A stretch of 32,799 nt of DNA from Candidatus Thorarchaeota archaeon (lineage in GTDB: Archaea; Asgardarchaeota; Thorarchaeia; Thorarchaeales; Thorarchaeaceae): positions 1-32,799 of the forward strand of contig JABCSP010000003.1 of NCBI GenBank assembly GCA_018238825.1, written 5' to 3'. The notes below the pieces were generated by a model that ran no database searches, was not told where the DNA came from, and was given only the letters and a program-made list of their open reading frames with translations. This document shows positions 17,529 through 27,000 of the stretch, piece by piece (positions within the stretch are counted from its first letter, which is position 1; every line of letters begins with the position of its first letter). The translations under genes were made by a program, and so were the position numbers.

Positions 17529-18614
17529 ATGAATCAGTTCAAAAAGATTCCCAGAATACTTGCAACAATCTTAGCTTTGATGCTACTTCTATCAAGTTTT
17601 CAAGCTACAGTTCCAGCTCAAGCTGATTTGGACCCAGTTGTAGTGCTATTTGATGCGAGTCACTCACCACAATTTGATGCTGCTGATGCAGACTTGGGTT
17701 TAAAATTAATGTTTGACATGGTAAACACATCCACCCGTTATATCATACATGTTCATGAGGATGGTCCACTTGATGAAGAAGTCCTCAATGATATTGATAT
17801 TCTGATAATTGCGGGTTCAGACAGTTCTAGCCCCTTTAGTAATGAAGAGTATGCTGGAATTGTTGAAATGCTTGCTAATGGAAGCTCGCTATTTCTTCTT
17901 GGCGACCCCACAATTTCTGAAGATTCCACCTATTGGCCAGAAGGTCCGATGGAAGATACTGGTGACAATATTGCATTAAACACACTTCTTGATGGTATCA
18001 ATATGACTGGACCTCGTTTCAGTATTAATGAAACTGAAACAGATACTTGGTCTGATACAATGTTCGACTATGACCATTCAATCAATGGAAGCACTCCTTG
18101 GGTCATTGAACTGGACTCAACCACCTGGGATACTAATCACCCAATTTTCAGAAACATCAACGAAATTATGACAATGACATCAACTTTGAAACCAATTGAG
18201 CTAGCCAGTGGAATTGGTAATAGCTACGAAGGCTCCTTTGCTCAATATCGAAAAGATGTCAATTCATGGGCTAACTATACCATGCCTAACACGACGCTCT
18301 TCTCTTTGAACCCCCTTTCTTATTCTGCAATGAATGGAACTTTTCCATCATGGCTCTCCGCATTTGAGTACGGTTCAAGTAGAGTCACTATTGCAGGATC
18401 TACTATAATGTTCACAGGAAGACCCATTGATTTGCTAAACGCAGAACTCCAGTGGTTCTATGCAGCTGATAACGCGAAATTATTCATGAATATTCTAGAT
18501 TGGCTATCAGCAGATTTTGTTACTGCACCAAGTGCCATTGGTTCAATGCTAATTATCTCAGCTGTAATTTTGGTAATTGGTGTAGCATTCTATCTTTTGA
18601 AGAAGCTTAGGTGA
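17529..18614 (+). CDS. Secreted, C-terminally anchored protein with a GldG/IFT52 (GIFT)/DUF4350-like domain
   Basis: Basic plus hydrophobic signal peptide; VLFDASH, DILII, GSSLFLLGD, DNAKLFMNILDWL; C-terminal TM plus KKLR. Confidence 0.6.
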   Translation: MNQFKKIPRILATILALMLLLSSFQATVPAQADLDPVVVLFDASHSPQFDAADADLGLKLMFDMVNTSTRYIIHVHEDGPLDEEVLNDIDILIIAGSDSSSPFSNEEYAGIVEMLANGSSLFLLGDPTISEDSTYWPEGPMEDTGDNIALNTLLDGINMTGPRFSINETETDTWSDTMFDYDHSINGSTPWVIELDSTTWDTNHPIFRNINEIMTMTSTLKPIELASGIGNSYEGSFAQYRKDVNSWANYTMPNTTLFSLNPLSYSAMNGTFPSWLSAFEYGSSRVTIAGSTIMFTGRPIDLLNAELQWFYAADNAKLFMNILDWLSADFVTAPSAIGSMLIISAVILVIGVAFYLLKKLR

Positions 18615-19230
18615 GGGCCCATTGCGGTCTATCTAAGCCTTCTTCATCAAGTATCTCATCAATCAGGTCCTTTAATTCCCTCATACCCTGTTTTTTCAAG
18701 GCAGCTGATAGTATGATTGTGGGCTCTCTATCACTCACAGCCTCTCTAAGCTGAAATTTTAGAAAGTCTAATTCATCATCGATATGTCGTTTCTTTACCT
18801 TGTCCACTTTGTTTGCTAACACTATTACACGCGGGGAAATCTCACATAGAAAGGAATAGAACTCTACATCAACTGGTATTTCTCCACGAGATGACCATCG
18901 TTCGAAAAGCACTCTAAATAATGAAATATCAACAATGAATACTGATAGCAGAATCCTACTACTCCAACTTTCCAAACTTTCGATAATATGGTTCTTTGTT
19001 TCTTCAATAGTTGTTTTACTCTGTCCTGACATAAAACCGAACCCTGGAATATCTACTATAGTCACCGGGTCTAAATCGATCATCTGTTCCCATCGAGTAC
19101 TTCCAGGTCGTTTACCCACCCTTACTTTCTTTCCTGTGAGTACACGAATAGTGCTACTTTTCCCTACATTGCTTCTTCCAGCAAAGACAATCAAGGGATT
19201 GTTATTACCTGTAGGGTTTTGTTCTTTCAT
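18607..19230 (-). CDS. engB: GTP-binding protein EngB/YsxC
   Basis: GRSNVGKSS, PGSTR, DIPGFG, NKVD. Confidence 0.9.
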   Translation of the reverse strand: MKEQNPTGNNNPLIVFAGRSNVGKSSTIRVLTGKKVRVGKRPGSTRWEQMIDLDPVTIVDIPGFGFMSGQSKTTIEETKNHIIESLESWSSRILLSVFIVDISLFRVLFERWSSRGEIPVDVEFYSFLCEISPRVIVLANKVDKVKKRHIDDELDFLKFQLREAVSDREPTIILSAALKKQGMRELKDLIDEILDEEGLDRPQWALT

Positions 19231-19300
19231 ATTGAAAATCTCCTTTTACTATTAATCGTAGGATTTCAAGTCTTTCCTTTATTCAGGGAAGTCCGTACAA

Positions 19301-19531
19301 TCATCGGTTGCTTTTCCTACTCTCTAGGTGTCGACATTCGTTGATTAAGATACGGATGTCGGTTCTGAGAGTCACTTCTGCGTCTTCAATCTTCTTCTGT
19401 AAAGTTTCAATTACAGCATCAATTGGTAGATTTTCAGACTCCAAATCATCAACTATAGTCTTGACAGTTTCTAAATTAGAAATGTGGGATGCTATATTAT
19501 CAAAAGCAGGTCGAATAACTGAACCCGTCAT
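19301..19531 (-). CDS. Hypothetical helical protein (76 aa)
   Basis: ATG ORF co-oriented within the elf1-engB run; amphipathic helical pattern. Confidence 0.6.
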   Translation of the reverse strand: MTGSVIRPAFDNIASHISNLETVKTIVDDLESENLPIDAVIETLQKKIEDAEVTLRTDIRILINECRHLESRKSNR

Positions 19532-19552
19532 TGGGAACGACTTCCCGTCAGA

Positions 19553-19675
19553 TTATTCCTCTTCATCTTCACCATATACCATGTATCCCATTGTGAGCAT
19601 AATAGCTATAATGCCCATTGCAGATAGTACGATGAATATAATTGAGGTGAAGGTATCAATATCAAGAAACTGCAT
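19553..19675 (-). CDS. 40-aa single-pass membrane microprotein (below the ORF-track cutoff)
   Basis: MQFLDIDTFTSIIFIVLSAMGIIAIMLTMGYMVYGEDEEE*; fills the gap between elf1 and the 76-aa gene on the same strand. Confidence 0.6.
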   Translation of the reverse strand: MQFLDIDTFTSIIFIVLSAMGIIAIMLTMGYMVYGEDEEE

Positions 19676-19740
19676 TGGAATCTTGTGCCCTCGGAATTGG
19701 TCCACTTATAATCATTGCTGAATAATAACAGCTGTACTGA

Positions 19741-19992
19741 TTAAGCTTCAACACTACGTTGTTCATAGAATTTGTCTATGAATGATCCATAGATATCAAC
19801 AGACTCGGTCAAGGGATTGACCTCATCAATTGTCATTTCTATACCACATGATCCACACTTTACGGTCGCCATTCCATTATCTCTATAGATTTGAATCTTG
19901 ATGGCAGTATTTCCACAGTCCGGACATGGATAGACGTCTGGAATACGTTTCTGCGGTCGCCGACGTACTTTTTGTCTTCGTCTTCTTCCCAT
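19741..19992 (-). CDS. elf1: Transcription elongation factor Elf1
   Basis: MGRRRR basic N-terminus, CPDC...CGSC zinc ribbon, VDIYGSFID. Confidence 0.92.
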   Translation of the reverse strand: MGRRRRQKVRRRPQKRIPDVYPCPDCGNTAIKIQIYRDNGMATVKCGSCGIEMTIDEVNPLTESVDIYGSFIDKFYEQRSVEA

Positions 19993-20151
19993 GATGCTTC
20001 ACCTATACCTATTTCACACCTAACAGAACATAAGCCCCGAAAGAAATGAGCAAGCCCTGCGGCTCAGGTGTTAATTTAAGCATTTTGTTAAGTGACAGAA
20101 TCACTCCATTACGAAGCTTTCTTATTGTAGGATGTGTCGCCCCGATTAGCG

Positions 20152-20385
20152 ATGTCCGACCTCTCAAAAAACTCTCAATGTGTACTCAAGATTCTTGAAA
20201 CTGCAGACTCCCTGACAACAACTGAGATCCTTGAGATTGCCCGTAAAAAGAAGTATGCTGACATCTGTACAGACTGTGCTGGTGGCGATGCTTTCGTAGC
20301 TGCTGCCAACCAACTTGTTGAGATGGGCCTTGTCACTAAAAAGTTTGGCAAGGGAGGCTATCGATGGCATCTAGTAAAAAGTTGA
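20152..20385 (+). CDS. Small winged-helix protein containing CxxC
   Basis: LSKNSQCVLKIL..LTTTEI..CTDC..LVEMGLV..GGYRW wHTH pattern; stop 5 nt before sufS ATG. Confidence 0.65.
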   Translation: MSDLSKNSQCVLKILETADSLTTTEILEIARKKKYADICTDCAGGDAFVAAANQLVEMGLVTKKFGKGGYRWHLVKS

Positions 20386-20390
20386 TTTAC

Positions 20391-21632
20391 ATGATAGACT
20401 GGACTAAAATCAGGAAAGATTTCCCTGCCCTTGAGCGTAGAATAAACGGTCGTCCAGTGGTGTATCTGGATAGCGCATGCATGGCACTCAAGCCCAGACA
20501 GGTTATTGATGCTATGAATGAATACTATGAGATGTATCCAGCATGTGCTGGAAGAAGTATCCATCGATTTGGTGAGGAGGCTTCTAATGCGTATTCTGCG
20601 GCTCGAGGCAAATTTGCCAAGTTCTTGAATGCTGCCCAAGAAGAAGAATGCATCTGGACTAGAAATGCTACAGAATCTCTCAATATTGTTGCAAGCTCAG
20701 TTAAACTGCCAAAAGGGTCCAAAATCATCACAACGTCTCTTGAACATCACAGTGGATCTCTTCCATTTGTCGAGAGAGCAAAAAGAGATGGTCTAGAGAT
20801 TGAGATCGTCAAAGCTCAGATGGATGGGACTTTTGACATCGAAGACTGGAAGAGTGCAATTGACAACAATACAAGTTTGGTATCTGTTGTACATTCTTCC
20901 AATGTCACAGGCACAGTATCTTCAATGAAAGATATCGTTGAGATTGCACATGATCGGGGAGCTCTGGTGATGTGTGATGATGCTCAGTATGCCCCTCATC
21001 ACCCCCTTGATGTTCAAAAAATGGATGTAGATTTTTCATGTATTTCAGTCCACAAAATGTGTGGACCCACTGGAATGGGAGTACTCTATGGGAAGATGGA
21101 GCATCTCGAATCAATGAACATGGCTCTATATGGTGGGGATACTGTTAGTGATGTAAAATTTGAAGATGGGCAGATACTTCCTGAATATCTTCCACCCCCT
21201 GAGAAATTTGAGGCTGGTCTGCAGAATTATGCTGGTGCAATAGGTGCAGGAGCTGCAGCTGAATATCTTCAAGCAATTGGAATGAATGAGATTGAGAAAC
21301 ATGAACGTTCTCTCCTTAAAGTTGCACTGAAAAGATTGCTTGATATGGAACATGTGCGCATCCTTGGAACAGATAACATCAACATCAAAACTGGTCTAGT
21401 GACTTTTAGTGTTGATACGGTCCCTTCAGCACATGATGTAGCAACATTCCTCAATGATGAATTCAATGTTATGGTTCGCAGTGGTGCTCATTGCGTACAT
21501 CCATTTCATCATCAGATGGGTATTCCAGTAGAACAAGGAACTGCCCGTGCTAGCTTTTACCTATACAACAATATGGACGATGTCAAAGCATTTCTTGATG
21601 GTCTAGAAACACTCATTGAAGCAAGTGCATGA
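20391..21632 (+). CDS. sufS: Class II cysteine desulfurase / selenocysteine lyase (SufS-like)
   Basis: VYLDSA, SVHKMCGPTG (PLP Lys), FEAG, RSGAHC, RASFYLYN. Confidence 0.9.
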   Translation: MIDWTKIRKDFPALERRINGRPVVYLDSACMALKPRQVIDAMNEYYEMYPACAGRSIHRFGEEASNAYSAARGKFAKFLNAAQEEECIWTRNATESLNIVASSVKLPKGSKIITTSLEHHSGSLPFVERAKRDGLEIEIVKAQMDGTFDIEDWKSAIDNNTSLVSVVHSSNVTGTVSSMKDIVEIAHDRGALVMCDDAQYAPHHPLDVQKMDVDFSCISVHKMCGPTGMGVLYGKMEHLESMNMALYGGDTVSDVKFEDGQILPEYLPPPEKFEAGLQNYAGAIGAGAAAEYLQAIGMNEIEKHERSLLKVALKRLLDMEHVRILGTDNINIKTGLVTFSVDTVPSAHDVATFLNDEFNVMVRSGAHCVHPFHHQMGIPVEQGTARASFYLYNNMDDVKAFLDGLETLIEASA

Positions 21633-21642
21633 AGTAACCAAT

Positions 21643-21668
21643 GTCTGCACCTCAAGAAAGGGGCAGAC
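21643..21668. terminator. Hairpin between convergent sufS and RPA
   Basis: GTCTGC...GCAGAC stem followed by a T-rich tract on +. Confidence 0.5.
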
Positions 21669-21685
21669 TCTACTTTGTTTTTGAT

Positions 21686-23866
21686 TTAGCTTGTTTCTTT
21701 CTGAATTACTTCTTTTAGACGTTTAATCTCTTGAAGCGGGTCTGCAAACTCAAAACCATTTGAAGAGATTTCGATAGAATCTCCAAACTTCTTGACTCGT
21801 CCATGCATTGCGATGTACCTCCCTCTTATCTTGTCAGAGGTTGCTTGAATAGGTTCGTCTTCTTTACCTGATTTCTTAATCAGTTTTTGAGCCTCTTCAG
21901 CAGTCATCCCTAGAAGTTTTTCACCAATAGTACCGAACAAAGTCGCTCTTATCGAACCTGAACCATCATCGATTGTAATCTTGTAGAGCATTCGTGGTTC
22001 TGGTTTTTCCACTTCTCCACATGATTTGCAATTATACCCACCATCAACAGCCTCAAGTTTCTTGTTACATGTTGGACATGCTTCGTAGAATACCCGATTC
22101 TGTCCCATGTCGACTATTATTCCACAGATTTCGACATTCTTGCCTTCACTAGCTTCATCAATTTCACCAATAAGAAACCTAGACGCCTTAGTTGCTACAG
22201 TTTCGAAGGCAACATCTGATAGATCTAGTTGCTTGAGATCAGAATCTTCTGGATTCAGCATGATTTCTCCCTTACGGCCTACTTGATACTCCAATCCACC
22301 TCTATATCCTTCTTTCACATAACCGTGGAGAATTCTAATCACATCGCCTTCTTGAACATCAGCTACTTCTTCTACATCTTCACCCCAGAAAGTCACTCTG
22401 ATCTTACTTGTCTGGTCTGCAATTACTACATTTCTTAACTGACCTTCAGCTCCATCTTTTCTTGTGAAAGTCTTCACATCATAAGCAGTTACTACCTTAC
22501 CCTCTACATCAACATCTCTCATTTCAACGGAAAGATCAGATATGCTTGTTTTTCCAAGGGGTTCCGAACTACCTCCTCCAGTTCCTGATGATGCATTTTC
22601 AGTAATTTTTGACAAATCAAGTTGTTTCAATTTTGACCCCTTTGGGTTCAATTCAACTTTTGAACTCCTTCCAAATTGATACTCAACTCCACCTTGAAAG
22701 CCTTCTTTCACATAGCCGTGGAGGATTCTGATTATATCGCCTTCTTTTACTTTTGCAATGTGTTCATTATCTTCACCCCAGAAGGTCACTCTGATATTGC
22801 TTGTTTTGTCTGCGATGACAATATTTTGTACTTGTCCTTCACCACCATCCTTTCGTGTGAAGGTCTTCACATCATAGATTGTAGCGACCTTTCCTATTAT
22901 ATCCACATCATTCATTCCGGCTTCCAAATCTACAATATTCTTCATTCCAAGTGGTTCTGAACTGCTTGAATATTTTGGAGTAGATTCTGCAGTATCGATT
23001 TTGTCCTTAAGTCCCCTTTCAATAACTGTTGATTTACCTACATGAATTTCAATGTCATCCCCATCACGATTTGGACGAGTATATGCATGGTTTACTCCAA
23101 TGACTTCTCCAGGTTCGATTCCTTCAATCTCGTCTGCTTTATCGTCCCAAAAAACAAGGCGTGTACTTCCAGAATCGTCTGCAACAACCATTGCGAGTAC
23201 TTTTCCTTCACTACCGTCTTTCTTGTTGAATGTTGAAACTCTGAATACTCTTTGTACCTCAACCTTGAGAGATACATCATAGGTATTTTCCTGAAGATCG
23301 CTTATCTTCATTTCATCTTTTACTGTAGCACTGAAATCAACACCAAGTTCATCAATCTCATCATTTTCAAGTGGTTTGATTGTGCCCATTCGGCCTAGAT
23401 TAAGTTCAATCGTATCACCAAGTCCTGGTTTAACATATGCTCCTCGTACCTGAATGATACTTCCAACTGAGATGTGTTCTTCAGATACTGCCTTGGTCAT
23501 TTCATCCCAAAGTGCAACTCTGATACTACCAGTTTCATCTGAGATGAAGATACTAGCTACCTTTCCTTCACCACCATCCTTTCGTGCGAATGTTCGTACT
23601 GTACCTATTCTATCGACCCTACCCACAAGTCCTGCAACATTCTTGGTTGATTCAGTAATATCTTCTATTCTCTGGCGCGCACTTGGTGACATTTTATGCA
23701 AATCTACACCTAGTTCTCTTGCTACAATCATGGCTGCTGATTCATCATTGATGACTTCCGGACCCAATTCATTACGTTTTTCCTGAATCATTGTGAGGAT
23801 ATCATTTCGTTCGTAGTCCGATTTATGCTTTAGAATTAATTCAATTGTTTCTTCTAGAGTGAGCAT
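21686..23866 (-). CDS. rpa: Replication protein A large subunit: N-terminal helical domain, four OB folds, C-terminal Zn-OB
   Basis: Four repeats of TFxRKDGxEG..D.(T/S)..IR..(F/L)W; YEACPTCNKK..CKSC; IDDGSGSIRATLF. Confidence 0.9.
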   Translation of the reverse strand: MLTLEETIELILKHKSDYERNDILTMIQEKRNELGPEVINDESAAMIVARELGVDLHKMSPSARQRIEDITESTKNVAGLVGRVDRIGTVRTFARKDGGEGKVASIFISDETGSIRVALWDEMTKAVSEEHISVGSIIQVRGAYVKPGLGDTIELNLGRMGTIKPLENDEIDELGVDFSATVKDEMKISDLQENTYDVSLKVEVQRVFRVSTFNKKDGSEGKVLAMVVADDSGSTRLVFWDDKADEIEGIEPGEVIGVNHAYTRPNRDGDDIEIHVGKSTVIERGLKDKIDTAESTPKYSSSSEPLGMKNIVDLEAGMNDVDIIGKVATIYDVKTFTRKDGGEGQVQNIVIADKTSNIRVTFWGEDNEHIAKVKEGDIIRILHGYVKEGFQGGVEYQFGRSSKVELNPKGSKLKQLDLSKITENASSGTGGGSSEPLGKTSISDLSVEMRDVDVEGKVVTAYDVKTFTRKDGAEGQLRNVVIADQTSKIRVTFWGEDVEEVADVQEGDVIRILHGYVKEGYRGGLEYQVGRKGEIMLNPEDSDLKQLDLSDVAFETVATKASRFLIGEIDEASEGKNVEICGIIVDMGQNRVFYEACPTCNKKLEAVDGGYNCKSCGEVEKPEPRMLYKITIDDGSGSIRATLFGTIGEKLLGMTAEEAQKLIKKSGKEDEPIQATSDKIRGRYIAMHGRVKKFGDSIEISSNGFEFADPLQEIKRLKEVIQKETS
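22216..22965 (-). repeat. Tandem duplication of an ~120-aa OB fold within RPA
   Basis: Both copies share SSEPLG, YDVKTFTRKDG, IRVTFWGED, IRILHGYVKEG, LKQLDLS. Confidence 0.85.
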
Positions 23867-24028
23867 CTATGCCACCTTCCTCCAAGTGTTTGACGGTGCT
23901 TAGTCAATTAGTGAATCTTTACTGGAGGCTTTAAAGTAATCTGCTCAATAATGACGAGCTTGGAGACTTTTACAGCCCCCGAAGCGAAACACAGAATACA
24001 GAACATGTTAGAAACAACATGACTTATT

Positions 24029-27000
24029 GTGACAAAATCGGAACATGAATTACCCCCACACAGTATTGCCTACAGTCTATATTTCGAATCACTAAACGAA
24101 GAAATTGGCAGAATCTACGCTATTGCAGAATTAGCACGTATGAAGGGTTATGATCCAACCACAAGAGTAGAGATTCCACCTGCACATGATGTTGCTGCAA
24201 GAGTTGAAGCTACCCTTGAAGGTCCAAAAGGTGTTGCAAAGCGTATCCGAGAGTTACAAAAAGAGATGCAAAAAGAGCAGGTCGCTTTTGAGGTAGCAAA
24301 GGAAATCGCAGAAGGCACTCTCGGTGGTATAACTGATATTGAGAAAGCAGCTGAGAAGGCTGTACGAGTTGCACTAGCAATTCTAACTGAAAGTATCACA
24401 GCTGCACCCCTTGAGGGAATTGCGAGAGTCCGAATTAGAGGGTCAGATGAGAATCGCTATCTTGCTCTTTACTTAGCCGGTCCAATCCGTGCTGCTGGTG
24501 GTACAGAGGCTGCAATGACTGTCTTGGTGGCTGATTACGTTCGTCAGGTACTCAAATTGCCAGCTTTCAAATCTTCAGAGGCAGAAACAGAGCGTGCATT
24601 AGAAGAAGTAGAACTCTATGCACGTAATGTACATCTTCAATATCCTGTACATCCTGAACTTGTCAAGTTCGCCGCAGCCAGATTACCAATAATGCTTACC
24701 GGTGATCCAACTGAGGAGTTCGAGGTGTCAGGAAGTCGAAACCTTGATCGAATTGAAACCAATCGTGTTCGAGGCGGTGCGGTTCTTGTTCTCAGTGATG
24801 GAGTAGTAGGAAGAGCTGCGAAGCTTGCCAAAATTGTAAATGACGCAAACATCAAAGGTTGGGACTGGCTAGATGAAGTAGCTTCAAAAATGTCTAAAGA
24901 TTCAACCCAGGAAGAAGACTCTGCAGATAAGAAACTTGAACCGAAAGATGACTATCTAGCAGATGTAATTGGAGGAAGACCTGTATTCTCACATCCTCAA
25001 CGTCTGGGTGGTTTTAGGCTTAGGTACGGTCGTTCAAGAAACACAGGTCTTGCAGGTGTGGGAGTACATCCCGCAACTATGTACATTCTTGAAGAATTCT
25101 TGGCTACTGGAACTCACATTCGTACTGAACGTCCTGGGAAGGGGTCAATTGTTGCACCGGTTGATACTATTGAAGGTCCAATTGTTCTTATGAAAGATGG
25201 TTCAGTTGTACGATTTGTAGGATTAGATGATGCTCGTGGTTTCGAAGGGAAGATTGAGCAGGTACTATTTGTTGGTGATATTCTTGTTGCATTGGGGGAG
25301 TTTATTGAGAATAACCATCCTTTGGTCCCCTCGGGATATTGTGAGGAATGGTGGTCCCATGATTTAGAACATGCTATCTCAAAATTATCCGCTACACAAC
25401 TCACTAGTAGATTAAAAGGATCGGACCTGACCCCTAAAACCTTCAATGCGATAATAGAATCTCCTCTAACCATTATTCCAACCCCACCTCAAGCAGTTCA
25501 TCTCTCGAAGAAATTGAAAATTCCCCTCCATCCATACTATCTCTACAGATGGGCCGCACTCACAATAGACGAAGTTCGGAATCTCCGGGAATGGATGCTA
25601 GCTAAGCATAGAATAAGTAAGAAAGATGATGGACATATTGTACTTCCATTTGTTAGAAAGTACAAAACTATGTTAGAAAATATGGGAATTCCTCACAAGT
25701 TTTCGGAAAATCGTAAGAAACTAGTTCTGACAGATGATCCTGTAACGATTCTAGCTCAGCTAGGTCCTGATACAAAATCCCCCAAAGGAAAAAACACACT
25801 TGCGATGTTGAATTCAGTATCTGATGTTATCCTTCAAGATAAGGTTGGTTTTGCAATCGGAGCCAGAATGGGTCGTCCTGAGAAAGCGCAAGAACGCAGA
25901 ATGAAACCTCCTGTACAATCATTATTTCCTGTAGGTCGTTCGAAGGGGTCTGAAAGAAGAATTGATGAGGTTGCCAAGAGTGTTCAATACATTTCAACCC
26001 TTGAGCCTGATTGTAAATGTTTCGAATGTGGAATAGAAACTTTCGAATCAAAGTGTTCTCAGTGTGGCGCTCAGACAACAAAGATTCGGAAATGTCCTAA
26101 ATGTGAGATAAAGACATTTGAATCAGAGTGCCCTACGTGTCGCGTTTCCACAGAGATAGTGCGAGATCATGAATGTATAGAGTGTGAAATAGAAACTTCC
26201 GAATCAGAGTGTCCTACATGTGGTGCTTACACAACAAAAATCCCTGACGTTTCGGGAGTCGAAGTTGAGCTTGTGGCTCGCAAATGTCCTGGGTGTGAGT
26301 TAAAAACATTCGAATCAAAGTGCCCGCAGTGTGGCACTCACACAGAGATTGAACTTTGGTGTGGCGAGGAAGGTTGTGGACTTGCAATTGATCCTGCTAA
26401 AGGGATGTGTCCTGTCAGTCATGATCCCAATAAGATACGAAAAACACGAAAGGTCCCTGTTGATTTAAAGGCCCTTCTTGAACGAGTGAAAGACGAAGTA
26501 GGGGAATTTGAAACACATGGTGTTCGTGGAGTTCTTGGACTAACAAGTGATTACAAGATACCAGAATATCTGGGCAAAGGGATTCTCAGAGCGAAGTATG
26601 ATGTATACTGTTATCGAGATGGTACTGCTCGTTTTGATGCAACTGATGCTCCACTGACCCATTTTACTCCAAAGGAAATTGGTGTACCAGTCAACAGGCT
26701 TAGAGATCTTGGATATTTGATAGATTATGATGGGGCACCATTGGTATCCGAAGATCAGGTTGTAGAACTCAAAGTTCAGGATCTTGTTGTTCCTGAGAAC
26801 TGTGCCGACTACCTCCTCCGAGTTGGTAGATTTGTTGATGATTGTTTAGAGAAGATGTACAATCTTCCTAGGTACTACAACTTCAATGCTCAAGAGGATG
26901 TCATCGGTCAGCTTGTCATTGGTCTTGCTCCCCACACCTCTGCAGGTATAATTGGAAGAATAGTTGGGTTTACCAATGCAAGTGTATGTTACGCCCATCC

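Noticed and set aside
19308-19721. 137-aa plus-strand ORF
   Set aside because: Antisense shadow of two minus-strand genes that fit the operon
20016-20071. Possible stem-loop in the elf1 leader (ACACC/GGTGT, TGAGCC/GGCTTA)
   Set aside because: Short, mutually competing stems; not distinguishable from chance by eye
26015-26350. DP2 insertion as an intein or CRISPR-like array
   Set aside because: No intein splice motifs or endonuclease; repeats are in-frame, degenerate and lack spacers
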